A stretch of DNA of 59,136 bases, filler included, from Sphacelaria rigidula (GCA_964200075.2; 10 parts of 10 records of this genome joined end to end with filler, not necessarily neighbours in it), one strand, 5' to 3'. Counted from the first letter of the whole stretch, positions 11,849 through 24,949 are shown. The notes: generated by a model not told the origin, from the letters alone. Numbers and translations: made by a program.

Positions 11849-12410
11849 AAAGCTCCTCGCCCGTGTCCTTTGCGTGTCCTCGCTCGGCGATTACCACTAT
11901 CGCTCGAGAGACTCGCATCATCGATGTTACGAGCATGTACCCAAATTTTCCATGTTGTGCCTAAAGACCGAGCTGCGGAGAGATTTCGTCTCTTCTTGCT
12001 TGCTTGATGCGAAAGTCAATTTCTCTCTGCCTCTCTTTTTGGACAAGACGCGCATCTGTGCACTGAAAAACATGTCGTTGAAAAACAGGGCAATGTTCCC
12101 GTCACCGCTACTACTGTTCTCTGTCACACACATGCCCGCAAGGACGGTGCTGCGGCAAAACCAGATAGGTCCGATATGAACTTAGGGGGTGTTATTTATC
12201 GTCGAGTTTCCCTCACCTCCCCCCACTTGACCACACGCCAGTTGGGGGGAGTGCACGAGACATCAAACACTTGTGAAGACCTTCTCAACATCCAGAGTGA
12301 AAAAAGATACCTATGGTGGTGACCTAACTGTTGCTAGCGTCGTGCAGAGGGGTGCGTCAGCTGCGATCTGGAGATTTCGTTGATCTACTCTACTGACTGC
12401 CTGCCGTGCC
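11849..12410 (+). repeat. Dispersed repeat family R2 (about 560 bp)
   Basis: Reverse-complement copy at about 44800-45395 (CTCTGTCACACACATGCC, CCTATGGTGGTGACCTAACTGTTGCTAGCG). Confidence 0.8.
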
Positions 12411-13199
12411 TAGACGTCACACTGGGTACTGTAAGATATTATCATGTACCCAAATTCGGAATACCTTTGGAAACGAAAGAGTTCGTTTTTTCAAAGTACG
12501 TCGACATGGTTGAATTTGGCGGTCGAATACTCCATGTCCTCTGGAACATTCTGCGTTTTCAGCAGTCGAGGGCTCCCCGTTCTGTAAAATACTCAGTAGC
12601 TTTGGCACTCCATACTCCTGGAAATCTGGGATATTTAGAACTATGGTTTCGGCACTCGATCCTCAAGGTGCTCTGGATATTCAAAGCACGAAATGAGATG
12701 CACGCAGAAGACACGGCGACAAAACATAGGAACCATGGCGTAGCACTCCATCATCGGAATCACCAAAAGCAACGAGATCATTGACCGTCGTGACTTCAGT
12801 ATTCGTCGACTTGTAACGCTGAGTGCTGTGATGCTCTTGGCTGTTGCTGTCGGTAAAAATGCGTGGAATGTGTATGGTCGTACTGGTGTGTCCTGTACTG
12901 CGTATGACCTGCGTACTATGAGGCTGTAGTGGTGAAATGCGTGTACGGGGTGTTGTGGTGTCCATCACAAAAGTTGCTGGGAGCGATGTTCGTACGTGGT
13001 AATGTTCATGTAGACTGCTGCTGGTGTTGGGAGTACGTGTGCTGTACTGCAGTGCACGCAGAATCGCAGTCGCATTGCCGACACTGTGTAGAGAGTCAGC
13101 TTCTTTTCACGACTAGACCGCAGTACCCATACACGAAAAGACAGTACCGCGTGTGTAGAGCTGGGTGCAGCGTGATAGTTTGCCCAGCAAACCGCATCA

Positions 13200-13630
13200 C
13201 CCTCAAGACAACCCACCATGATGCGTGTGCATACCTACGGTACTTCTACGGTACTGCACCCGGTACGGGCTACTGTCCAGTATTTGGGGTGGGTAATCCA
13301 GGGAGGACCGGAATGCTCAGCACCTCGGGCAGTCCATATCCCACGTACTCTGGAGTACTCCGCATTTTCGGCAGCCGAGAACTTCATGTTTTCTGGAATA
13401 CTCCGTACTTGGGGGGAGTTGGTACTTCAGGTGCTCCGCAATACCCACTCGAGCACTCCAGGTACTCTGGAATACTCGGACATTCGGATAAGTCAAGACT
13501 CGGGTACTGCGAGATATTCAGTGTTTTCGACAGTCAGTACTTCAGCTACTCCGGAGTACTGAGTACTCAAAACACTCTGAATATCCGGAGTACCGGTACA
13601 TCGAGTATTTTATTCTATTTTAAAAGCACT
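13200..13630. repeat. GAGTAC/GTACTC-rich degenerate repeat (probable non-autonomous TE) in an intron
   Basis: Dense GGAGTACTC / GTACTCCG motifs; similar composition at about 12420-12690 and 38560-38740. Confidence 0.5.
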
Positions 13631-13788
13631 CTTGATATTCCTGCCTCTGCAGTTCAAGGTGTCACCAACAACGAGTTCTCCATCATGAGGAAATGTAATC
13701 GTCACAAACGCATGCTACCATCAGCATCAGAGGAGACGAGAGCAAGCGTGGTGCCACATCCTAGAGCAAACACGATGCGCAAGCACAC

Positions 13789-13865
13789 CTGAAGTCAAGC
13801 GGCTGTCTTCCGGCGCCTTCCGCCCAAATGTTGTACGCAGCGTAATCCGACTGCTGAAGGGCCAC
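13789..13865 (-). CDS. NDC1-like type II NAD(P)H dehydrogenase, last visible exon: VALQQSDYAAYNIWAEGAGRQPLDF(R)
   Basis: Acceptor CCGCAG, donor CAG/GTGTGC; continues NAQ-VALQQSD, comparable to plant NDC1 TAQVAFQxAD..WNIWA...PFRF. Confidence 0.85.
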
Positions 13866-14821
13866 CTGCGGCGACCGCCGTGCAACGCGCGAAAATATGC
13901 GAACGAAGGATTGAACATAAAACACCATTGCACCCTTCACGCATAATCTGTTTAAATGACAAGATATCAAATTGAAACATCAGTGTATATTCCGTGCGGG
14001 TCACCACCGCGGGCAGCACCAGCGCACGTAAAAGCTGCGGGGACAAATAGAGCAGCTACGAGTTGTGTATCGCTCGAGTAAACAGAGACCTACGGGTAAG
14101 ACTGTTCGTTCTTGTCGATGTCGACCTGACACCGAAGAAACTCCATGGCTAGGCCATGTTTTCCTCGTGAAATATAGGCAAGAAGTGGGGCAGACGAAGA
14201 GTGGTCCACAGTAAGGTGGACCATTTCCCTGGGGATGCTTGTTCACCGTAATCTCGGGCTCGTACCGGCATCACCTCGAGTTGTCTAAGGTCGTCGGCTT
14301 TACAGGGTCCTGGGTAATCGGATCATTTCGGATCCTTCATACCCCATACCTGCATGCGCTTGTTCTTCATACATATGTGACATCAATCTCTGATGTGCCA
14401 CTGCAAAGAGGTGTCTTCCACGCAGCACCTTCTGTATACTCCGGAGTAGAAAAGAACCCCAGATTTCCCTCATGGAAGCCTTCCTTTGGGGGGAATAACG
14501 TGCGTCCAAAGTATATCGCGCTGTGAATTCACGAGTCAAAACCAGGCCAGGCGATGAACACACACCGTTCGGCTGAGGACTGTAGGGTGCAGATATTGTG
14601 TTTCGCCTGTTGGGCGACTCTTACCAGTATATCCACACACGCCCCTCTCGACAGAAACACGGCGTGCACCTGCATCGTCCTGCAGTGTCGCGCACATTTT
14701 ACTACTTGAACCGTACAAGTGTCCCGAAATCCACACGCACAGCACACACACACGCGCGCGCGCGTTCCCAAAGCAAGCCGTTCACCGCTGGAAGCACACA
14801 CACACACAGACAGTCACACAC

Positions 14822-15067
14822 CTGCGCATTGCAAACCAAGTCCAGCCCTTCTACCGTGGCGATATCCCCCAGGCAGTACACCCGCCCTGTCTTGGACGCA
14901 TCACCACCGGCAGCATTAACAAGCTGCAATCGCCGATCAACCTGTACGCGCCCCCTGGAATCCTTGGAGACGTCGAGAGAGTCGAGCAAGGAGCTAGGCT
15001 GGCTGCCAGCGGTCCATACAAGCATGTCTGACGCTATTTCCTCCACACCGGCGGTGTTAGCTCCGTC
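14822..15067 (-). CDS. NDC1-like dehydrogenase exon: DGANTAGVEEIASDMLVWTAG...SRGRVQVDRRLQL...RVYCLGDIA...CNAQ
   Basis: 246 nt, phase 0-0, AG/GT boundaries; DxxVWTAG and VYxLGD motifs of FAD-dependent NDH-2 enzymes. Confidence 0.9.
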
Positions 15068-15540
15068 CTGATTTGTTGTCAAGTACAAACGATGGGGAAT
15101 ATATTTACAACTATACAAAACTACGTCGTGAAGCGTTGACGGCTGGGTTCGTGCGGGATTGCAAGCATAAGTCAAGTTTTGTTTCTAGTGCGCAACGTAC
15201 GGGCTGACATAGCCAGCATCACCCAGCACTAGCGCAGCGCCACCAAAATACTGCAGTCACTCCTATCGTGTTACCAGCAATCAGAAATAGTACCGAAGTA
15301 CTGTTGGACGCTACGGTCCTTGTGACGTGTCTTCTGCCTTCTGCAGCCTCCAGGCCGCCGTGGCAGCACCCTGCGTCGGGAGTACTCCCGGTGTTCCTCT
15401 GACACACTGCAGCGATCGGGACTGAGTATCGGTATCCGACACTGTCGATATCCCATGGCACAACAACTCAGGAAATATATCTCCTGCTGAAATATTCTTC
15501 CTGTGCAACAACTCATTTTCATCGTACAGTGGACACCCAC

Positions 15541-15675
15541 ATTTGCGCTCTTGAGCACGACAACACCCCCTTCTTTGACCTCGGCAACTCCCGTCTCCGT
15601 CAGCACGCGAACGCCTGATTCCTTGAGTCGCCGCATCCCGTACTCGCGGTTACCGGGGGTTGCGGCGGTGAGAAC
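15541..15675 (-). CDS. NDC1-like dehydrogenase exon: VLTAATPGNREYGMRRLKESGVRVLTETGVAEVKEGGVVVLKSAN
   Basis: 135 nt, phase 0-0, acceptor TGTAG, donor AAT/GTGGGT; resembles the NDC1 ILTxAxxGNRE segment. Confidence 0.85.
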
Positions 15676-15714
15676 CTACAAAATCGAAAATAGAACAGAA
15701 GAAAAAAACGACGG

Positions 15715-15716
<2 letters not shown>

Positions 15717-15750
<34 letters not shown>
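15717..15750. repeat. (CA)n microsatellite in intron
   Basis: About 16 CA units. Confidence 0.95.
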
Positions 15751-15752
<2 letters not shown>

Positions 15753-16226
15753 GAAAATCTTGAAATATGTGGGTATCCACACACAACCAACGAGGTTCTC
15801 GTGTGTGATGGAGCCATATCGAGCATATGACAGGGTTGTTTTTCATTCAACTATAGTATCAAAACACGCTGTCACGAAAACATACGTACCACAAATGACA
15901 TCACAACCAAGAGAATGATTTCGCCCCGTTGGAGACCGCCAACGAAAAAACCACCAACATTGTTCGACACTTTACTCTCCCATTCCTGCCGGCGAAGACA
16001 AGATGCCGACGCAACGACAACGACGCACATATCCGCGGCATGTTTTTGGGGAAGTGGCGTCAGAAGCTCCCTATTATATACCGCGAATCGTCTATGATAT
16101 TTTGCATTGCTCGCAGGAGAATTCGTGCGTCTTGGGAAAACAGGACATGAGAGTGAGGCATTGACACATGGATAGAAAAGAACCCCTTCTCATCAACATG
16201 GTAAAGGCGGCCATGGTCGAAAATAC

Positions 16227-16370
16227 CTCAGAGTTTGTCGCGAGTGAAACCTCCGCACTGCCCATGCCCTCGCCCCGCAGCTCCGTGGCTAGATTGCACG
16301 ACAGTTCTACTCCAGCGTAGCCGCCACCCACCACCACCACGCGCACGACGGACTGTGTCCTCATGCGTGC
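16227..16370 (-). CDS. NDC1-like dehydrogenase exon with second Rossmann motif: ARMRTQSVVRVVVVGGGYAGVELSCNLATELRGEGMGSAEVSLATNSE
   Basis: 144 nt, phase 0-0, acceptor TTACAG, donor GAG/GTATTT; VVVGGGYAGVEL nucleotide-binding motif. Confidence 0.9.
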
Positions 16371-16606
16371 CTGTAACATGCACGCATACACACATCACGC
16401 ATATATCATCGTGCCCGAATGATACAAGGAGCTGACCAAAAAATGAACAACGCGTGATGACGTCCCGAGGACGAATGCGCAGCGAGTAAACATATATATA
16501 TATATATGTGTGTGTATTTGTGCCCGATCTGTTTCATGTCGATCAAACGGTTAAGAGTATTCATCCCCGCGGAGAAGTTATGGGACTACTCGATGGAATT
16601 AGGAAC

Positions 16607-16853
16607 GAGTCATCCTACGATAGGGGGGGGGTATTTTGGACCACTTATTGCACGAAGTTCCGAGTCAAATAGTCGTTCAAAGCAGCAACGGCTGTTCGAG
16701 CGAGCTTGTTGTGGATAAATAACGCTCATCCATACTGCCCAGTACCGTTTGAAACCAAATACAAGCGCAACGCAAGTGTGGCAGGTCGTCTGACACAACA
16801 ATGAGCCCCTCTTTTCGTGCACCCCCCTCCCCCCCCCTATCGTGGGATGTCTC
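16607..16853. mobile_element. Sola-like MITE (247 bp) with 4-bp TSD GAAC
   Basis: TIR GAGTCATCCTACGATAGGGGGGG ... CCCCCCCTATCGTGGGATGTCTC; GAAC at 16603-16606 and 16854-16857. Confidence 0.85.
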
Positions 16854-17024
16854 GAACGTGATCTTTCGGGACGATCCTGAATCGTGGGCGGTGGGCGATG
16901 AAAGGCTGGGGTCCTCGATAAAGTTGCAGAGCGCGAGCAACAGAAAATGTGGCCAACGTTACAGTGTGCAGTGCCACCAACATATGTCGTTCTACAGGCT
17001 GCAATATCGGATCGGGCAGGGAAG

Positions 17025-17672
17025 GGGGGGTGTACTCATGATCATGCATGCCGTAGTCATGAGACCATTGGCCTCTCATCCCTACAAATCCGGGACGGAG
17101 CACGCCGGGTTTTCGCCGGACTAGGCTCGCACTTAATCACCGAGCGCGAAGCGCCGTGGTGTGCTCGGCGAGTCGCATGAAGAGTGAGCTGCGTCCTTCA
17201 AAGATAGTTCCGCCCGAAGCATACTGATTATCTTGCACTTGGATGACAGCCTACAATGAGCTGGTTCGTTTTCTGGTACCGCCAAATCCAGAGACAGCCA
17301 CGGCTTATACACTGCCTCATGGGTGTCTCACCATTAAAACACTGCGTAGTATGACCATCCCTTCTGCAAGGAGTCGAGGTTCCCCCATCCCGCACATTGT
17401 GATCTAGCTCGACTACCATCATGGTTACTGCAAAAAAAAACGCAAACGAGCGAAACAATTCGGTAACCTGGTTGCCTAGCTTACGCAGTGAGTGGCGTGT
17501 TTTACAGCGTCATCGCCAACCGAAGCCAACCCCATACGAGGGTTCGCCCCTACGAACCCGGGACGGAGCACACCGGGATTTCGCCGGACCACGCTGTGGC
17601 TGCGGTAGGGGAGGGGGGGGGCGTACTCATTTGTTGCTTGCCGTAGTCGTTTGACCATTGACCACGCATCCC
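17025..17672 (+). repeat. Dispersed repeat family R1, second copy plus partial duplications
   Basis: Colinear with 2600-3105; the CCGGGACGGAGCAC..TTCGCCGGAC block repeats at about 17550-17595. Confidence 0.8.
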
Positions 17673-17772
17673 NNNNNNNNNNNNNNNNNNNNNNNNNNNN
17701 NNNNNNNNNNNNNNNNTTAATTAATTAANNNNNNNNNNNNNNNNNNNNNNNNNNNNNNNNNNNNNNNNNNNN
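17673..17772. other. Artificial contig linker 3
   Basis: Same spacer. Confidence 0.98.
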
Positions 17773-17999
17773 AGGCCAGAAGAGCTGGGGAGTCCCTCAA
17801 CAGCATTTAGACGCTGCAGTACTAGCAGACCTGCTAGCGTCACAGCGCCAAACACCGACCCCGTCGCCGCGGAGGGCACGGGGGTCGGGCGGAGCTCCTT
17901 CAGACATTGCTACAGCTACAGAATACAGTGACAACTTCGGCCCAACCACACATCAATCCGTGGCCACCTCTAAGGGTGATATATAGTGCGTTTTCCTCT

Positions 18000-20155
18000 T
18001 TGTACACGCCATGATATAACACTCATCTGCCCAAAACACGATAATGTACAGTGCGGCACTTCCTCTCCTCCCGTCCATGTCTCGCCTTTCACCTTGGGAT
18101 CTACTAGGGAAAGCCCGGCGCCGGAACTTTGCAAGGCTCTCACCCGCAGCACCACTGCGCCTTGATGCAAGAACACATACGCCACATTATACACATATCG
18201 TACACGCAATCCCGCACCAATAGGTCACTCGACGCAAAAACTAATATTGGCGTGCTGTGTACGTGGCTTGAAGCTCCGGTGTCGAATATGACGGGCAAAG
18301 GTGTGCGTCTTTGTCCACGGTACCAGCACCACAAAGTGGAGGCACGATGCAAACACTGCTCCTAAGCCGCCTGATCCGCGAGCAAATACTCTCCATATCG
18401 TGGTTCCTATACCAGCCTCAGTTGTCGAACCCCTCACCACGCGACAGCCCTACTCCTACATGCCATGCTTTCATCTCTCCCGCTCGAAATCTCGTGTTAC
18501 GTCACCCCCAAAATCCTCCTCGTACATACCTTTTCATTGAACATGCGAGAAGTCACAGCATATTCTCTACGCACTGCCACGGAAGCATACCTGCTCGAGT
18601 GAGCGGCTACTCTTACAGCGCCGAAGGTCTCATCCCATTAATGTATGGAAACACACGATTACCATTCTCGCTCTAAATGTTACCAACATCATGGGGCCAT
18701 GGGGTCAGGAATACCCGTATTGTCAATCCCTTCCCAACCAAACGGGAACTCCGTTACCCACAGAGGGTAGGTAGGCAACCATGCGGTATGGTGTATCGTT
18801 ATCTTCGGGTCCCAGGAGAAGAAGGTGGACCTGAAGCACACGTACGAGATTATTGCAGTTGTCGGAAATGGTCGTTGGAATTGGCTATGCAATTTGAAGC
18901 GCATCAAGTACCGGCTCATACAGCCGTTCCGTATACTTTCGTTAGTGTAGCCAAAGTACGGGAGAACAGGAGGTGAAACAATGGCAGGTCGAATATACAA
19001 AGGGGATGTTACAGCTTTGACAGCGTTTACACGAACAGGTCAACCCTAGGGTGTTGTAGTGCAAAGAGTTATACGTGAGAGTCTCAAGTACGCACAGTTG
19101 GACATAAGGGTCCAAAGCATGAAGACATCAATTAGACGAACAGACGTGTATGCTGAGGGAGTTTGCAGCTTGGGCTAGTCATCAAAATTCTCCACTTCAA
19201 CAAGAGACTGAGTTTTCTATTCTGTGTTGGCCAAATGAACGCCTGTGGAACTTCAGACTTCTTCACTTCATCGAGTAAGTGCGTATAAGCGCCACTGTAC
19301 GACGCCCTCTATGAGCGGACTTCCTTTCCTAAGCACAGTTGAATAATTTCTCCGAACTTCCATTATCTTGGTATTTAGCTCCAAGCTGAGCTATAGCCCA
19401 GCTGTCCGCAGGACAGCTGAACATCTAAGCCTGTGTATTCCATACAGCACAGCCACACGAAATTCCAATATGCTTCCCTCACAAATTTGTGCCTGGATTA
19501 TGGAGGCAATTTGTGTTCTCCCTGAGTGTTCGCGTACAACGCTACTTGCACGATGATAGTCAATTCTCATTGACTTAGATTGTTTCAACTCAAGCATGAA
19601 ACGTCACGTATAACCGCCCCATTTGTTTCATTTTTACCTTACCGGTGCTGAGTATACAACTAACACACCAACAGCAACCGTGCTCACGTCTTGTCATGGC
19701 CATAATACCCGCGAAGCCGAAGGATATACGCCGAGAAGGTCGACAACCAGGTTCCCGTGAATGTTCGCCCATGACTCGCGATGATCTGCACGTCATGCCA
19801 CCGTGCGCATTGCCCCGGAGAAGACCGGTAGTTGACGCGAGGGGAGAGGGTAGGAGCGCAAAATGAGGGTTAGGCACACACCATGTAACCACGAGGGCTG
19901 GTGAATTCCAGTTGGTTTGGTTGCGGATTCCACCGCCGAAATGAAAGCCCTTCCGGACCGAACAACAAAAAAGTGCGGTGATTGACCGCGGCATGTCGTT
20001 ATGTCATCCAGTGCTTGTCTCGATACATCTGGTATGCTTGTAGGTATGGCTGTCCCTCGAGAGGCCGGAAGATGGAACGTTGCGATACTTAGTTCTTTGG
20101 TCGGCAGTATTTGGGGTCTTGAGTATCGCCTGCTGTCGGACTCTCTGTTCATTTC
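18000..20155 (-). mobile_element. Possible heavily decayed LTR-retrotransposon gag-protease remnant
   Basis: VIFDTGASSHV (aspartic-protease-like D[ST]GA motif) at about 18260-18295 and a degenerate knuckle-like TCRSSRVMGEHSREPGC at about 19740-19800; no RT found; boundaries uncertain. Confidence 0.3.
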
Positions 20156-20157
20156 TA

Positions 20158-20705
20158 TAGTAGTGGGCGGTCTAACTATTCATTTTGAGGCATTTTGTGA
20201 TTTCTTCGTAATTGGCGATTTTCTTGGGCTCTTTTCGCTTGCCACTGCTTATCACATTGGGGATCTGAAGATATTTGTATCCACTCCACATTCCCAGAAA
20301 AAAGAAATGTGTACTCAATATTGAGAGATTTACGGGCTGAACGGTCATCGGGGGTCCTTTCACGTTTCAGCCCAGATTCTCTCTCTTCGGTATTTTCGGT
20401 CGATCGAGCCTGTCCCGATCATATTTCTAAAAATATGTGCAGTTTTATCTTTCAGATATTCTGACTACTCCTTGCACTAGAGCCGAAAAACTGTATTTCA
20501 TGGTCAAAAACACCCTCCTGATGAACGGGGTTTTTACTCGTTTCGCCCGATAACACCAACTAGCACTGACTTGGGCACTGCCTTTTGAGGATGATATGTT
20601 TATTGTACCAAAATCTTCCGACGCTACCAATTTCGAGTTCTATCGAAGAGTAGTACGCGAGGAAAACCCCGAAACGCCGCTGAATAGTTAGACCGCCCAC
20701 TACTG
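20158..20705. mobile_element. MITE family M1, copy 2 (548 bp)
   Basis: Same TIRs as 1105-1653; TA flanks at 20156-20157 and 20706-20707. Confidence 0.9.
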
Positions 20706-23194
20706 TACTTGGCATCGCGCGTCGAGTCGGAAAGCCGGGTGCCACCCTCTGAAGTCCGAATGGCCACCTGCGGCACCGGATCTCCTGAGGCTAACCGTAT
20801 GTATTATTCTCTTTCTTCTTCATTATTTATTCCTGTTTTTTTGCTTGTATCGCGTTTTGTGAGTTTAAATCTGGGTCTATTATTATATTTTTTTTGCTAG
20901 CCTGTGACCACGGAAGGCGTCTGCATCAGATGCCCAGTACGAATGTACCGCGCAGATATCGGAACGGTTTTTAATGTGAAGACAACAACAACAACCCTTC
21001 TGGGACTGGACTCCCACTAAGAAAGGGATGGACCCCTAGGTCGCACGCACAGGCCATTTCTGAATCGGCACCTTCCTCACTCGTTTTTAGGTGAAAATTA
21101 TGCCAGTTTACAAAACGCCCTCTCCACTGGTTAGTCCGCTCCGTCCGGTGCCAAAAGGGTCAAGATAAAAAAACGAGCCTGAGATCCTCAACGACCAAAA
21201 TCTTAGTATCTGTCGCGCTTTGTATATGCGGTGATCGAGGCGCTGCCCTTACAGTTGGTTGCTTGCTGTCTGCAATGCAGAAACCCTTACACGGCACACG
21301 ACACGGGGGTGAAGGGGAAGAGTGGGGGAGGTAAACCGGTCGGAGGGATGAAAATCGGAAGCGTCTTTCGGGACACCGATATATTAGGTTGCTTGTTCAA
21401 CAGTAGGTCTTCGCGTACGACCCGATCTTTCTCAGACAGCAAGAAGCGTAAAGAGACACGGTAGCAGGTCAACTAAAACGAACTGACGATGTCACATAAT
21501 AGGCTCACCTATCGTCCAACCTTCCCGACAGAAGAGTGTAGATGAGTGTGGTATGTGTACTTCAGGAGCGCGGTGAGCTGATGTGAGCGCGGTTTGCTGA
21601 TGCAGTATGTGCTATGGTTGATTATCAACCCTTTGACCGCGAGGGTACGTACCTGCTGAATCGGCATCAGTATTCACTTGAAGAAAGATTGCCTGATCTA
21701 GATAATGTAGGTACCGAAATCCGAATCTTTCATAGGACTGTGCTCCAAGCGTGCTCGTAGCGTGCGCAGAACGCGTTTTCGTCTAAATCGGCGGATGGGG
21801 CGCCGATTGGGAGGCGCAGAGTTCAGGCCTGACAACGCGCACTTCGCCTGAGAAACATTTTGCACCCCTGTCGTCCGAGGATTCTCGGTGTGCTTTCGTT
21901 GAGGTTAGGGTTTTAGTGTTAGAGTTTGTTCAAAAAAACAATATACCTTGTTATCGATATAATTATTGTCTTTCCCTTGTTCAAAAAATGAAATCAACCA
22001 TCCATCCTCAACCACCCAACCATCCATCCTCAAACAATCTTCAATTAATTATGTAAGTTTTTATTATATCCCTCAGTACTTTATGATGACCGTAACCGCG
22101 TCGGGCTTTTTTTTAATTCGGGAGCCAGCGTGTTTTGAATCCACGGCCCGTTACAGATAGATGTTCGCAACCAAAGGAGGCCTTCACGTGCATTGTCTTC
22201 CCCTCTGTCCAAAAAATACAATCCAACCATCCACCCATTCTCAATCAACCATCCAATCATCCATCCCCAATCAACCTTCTTTAATTAATTATTTAATCAT
22301 TTAATTAATTGATTACATAATTCAGTTATTATACGCCAACCGAACGGTGGTAAAAAAATCACCTTGTAATCGATATATTGGATATGAGATAGCGTTAAAA
22401 ATCGTTGGGGTCAGGGTTAGTGAGTCTATTACAGTATGTGATTTCACCTTGTAATAATGAAGGCAAAAAGGTGGTTCCGCAAATATACTATTTTTGGGGG
22501 CAACATGGGACGGGAAACAACCCCCAGAAATAGTTTCACGGTTGTCAAGGAGCATGACGTCTTCCGCGTAAAAGTCATTTGTCATGACTTCAGGTGAGGA
22601 GAAGCATACCTCATTTTGAAGTTCTCGACTAACTTTGCATGTAGGTCTACTGTACTGTAACTTGATACAACGACCCGGCGTTTTCTCCCCTACAGTAGTA
22701 CTACACGTGAACACAGGCGTTGTGGCATCAAATACTCCAGCATTGTGCTGGGCAGTCCTTCCAACGGTCCATTTTGCTGTGTGTCGATCCTGTGCGGTGG
22801 CGCGGTGGTTACACGAACCCGAGCTGGGAGGACGCAGCCTAAGCCCTGACCGCTAAGGCATGCCGAACGGGGGTATAAGGTAAACCGTTCAGGGCACGTC
22901 TCCGGGCGTGTCTTGGCACTTTTTTTTTTATTATCGAAAAAGTGCGGTCGGTGTTTTTTTGCCGATTTCATAGGTCCACCGAATTTGTGCTTCCGAAAGT
23001 AAGGCTATTACCCCTTGGTGTTGGAATGGTAATCCCAGGAGCCACGGGCTTGGCCGTGGGACTTGCCTAGAAGACAGTTCGTTCTTGTGTTGAGGGAAAC
23101 TCCAGGGTTGAGAGAAGATATGCCTCGAGAGGGCACCGGGAGCGGTGCCGTCTCGAGGTTGGAGGATGACTGTTACTCTGGAGACGGGAGACAC

Positions 23195-23596
23195 TAGAGA
23201 GTTTCGGAAAACGTTTTTTCAAATTTTTGGCCGTGTCTTATCAAATTGTCTTCGACTCGAAAACGTATGGTGGAATCAAATTTGCTCTTACCTGCTACGT
23301 CCACGGCATCCATGTTCTCAACAATCTGAGAAAATATATAGTGTGGACGAATCACAAAGGAGCGAATTCGATTCGACCGCACGTTTTCGACACGAAAACA
23401 ATTTGATAAGACACGGCCTTAGAGTCAGAGTGGAAGGAAAAATAGCCGGTAACGGTGCACTTTCCGCTTTGAAGTTTTCTTTAGAGCGAATTTTTCAGAG
23501 TCATAGTGCCGTTTGCACCACTTCACTCTGAAAACCGTTAACAGCCGATTTTATTTTTTGGGGTTCATACAAAATATGGGGCTGAAGTGGCATATC
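23195..23596 (+). mobile_element. TAGAGAG-terminated element (hAT-like end) carrying a nested MITE; truncated by the linker
   Basis: Flanks of the nested MITE match the uninterrupted sequence at 50530-50677. Confidence 0.6.
23229..23418. mobile_element. PIF/Harbinger (Tourist)-like MITE family M3 (190 bp)
   Basis: TIR GGCCGTGTCTTATCAAATTG ... CAATTTGATAAGACACGGCC; flanks TTT and TTA. Confidence 0.85.
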
Positions 23597-23696
23597 NNNN
23601 NNNNNNNNNNNNNNNNNNNNNNNNNNNNNNNNNNNNNNNNTTAATTAATTAANNNNNNNNNNNNNNNNNNNNNNNNNNNNNNNNNNNNNNNNNNNN
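23597..23696. other. Artificial contig linker 4
   Basis: Same spacer. Confidence 0.98.
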
Positions 23697-24949
23697 GACC
23701 GTAGAGTCGAATTTTGTGTACCCACGACATGGTCGCTCTCCACTGTAGTATGGACTTGTATCTCCTCAAGAAAAGAGGCGTCCCTATATCCCCACTCACC
23801 ACGCCAAAACGTTCCATGTCTATATGTGGTACAACCGGCTAGGTTACCGCCCCTTCCCGCCGCCACGCGTCGGCTGAGATGGGAGGGGGTGTTGAAGTAC
23901 GTGATCTGATTGGTTCGAACTACTCTCCGTGTGTCGACCGTCGACAAACGGCGAACGTACGGGCGCTTCTGGTCGCAACGTCCGCGGGTGGTGGAGACGT
24001 ATCTCGGCTTCCGCGGTGACAAATGGAGACTGTACAGGTGCGACCTTGCACTGCTTAACTGTCTGTGCTTGCAGAGCTGCGCTTCGCACGGGATTTGACA
24101 AGCAGATTAGAAGTGTTGACGCCGTATCCTGTTGCGATGGTAATTTATGTTGCACTACAGTCTGTATATGTAGTCGTCTCATCTGTCCTGGGGGTTGGTT
24201 TCAAGGCACATACGTTCGAACTTCGTGTAGTGTGTGTGTGTGTTGTCGTCCCATCTATTCTGGACTCCGGTCTACACCCTTCGGGACATGTGGGCGCATC
24301 AGCCGGGGTTACACAGGAGGAAGGTCAACATAGGAGTGCTTCTTTTTTCGTTTGTTTTTAGTACTACACCTCCCTTCTGCGGTGCTTGCCTTTATTTTTT
24401 TTCGCGAGAGGGGTTCAGCAGTCCCTTCCCTCGTCGATCGTGCAGGTTGGGCCAGCAAAGAGGGCCGCATTTGCATCTCCAACCATAACTCCTGAAGTGT
24501 ATCAAATCAGCTCGACTTGAGCATATCTCTATGAACTGCAGGCCAAGTTGCGTGCCCGCTCATGGACAGTGCAGCAGGTAGTACAACGCTGCAAGTTGGT
24601 GAATGAAGTCCTTTTCACGTTGCATCGTAAGCAGAGAAAATTGATAGTCCTGAGCAGTCTGCACTGCACGTTGCCCACTTCTCCTTTATATCCTCCTGTA
24701 TGAAACACGCACACACGCACTCAAGACACCCTGCTTGCACGCAGTGCGGACAGTACAGACTGTCTGTACTGTACACGAGTGACCATATACCGGTTCACGA
24801 TTTTCACCATCTTTCTTCGATTGAAAGCTTCAAAATCCATCCGGATCCAACTGCATCAAACCGAGAATTTTTCGCTCAAATCAATTCCACCGCCTCAGTT
24901 GTTCGATCGAAAAGAAAAGTGCTAAGGCAGGCCCTGAAAATACCTTTTT

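Noticed and set aside
12929..13792. 287-aa ORF, the longest in the track
   Set aside because: Lies antisense within the NDC1-like intron region, runs through a GAGTAC-rich repeat and has no protein motif
21902..21927. Interstitial telomeric repeat
   Set aside because: Only one exact TTAGGG with degenerate neighbours
23697..24022. 5' end of a LINE endonuclease (VVGTQNSTLR, resembling VGTWNVRTL)
   Set aside because: A single weak motif cut by the linker; not enough to call
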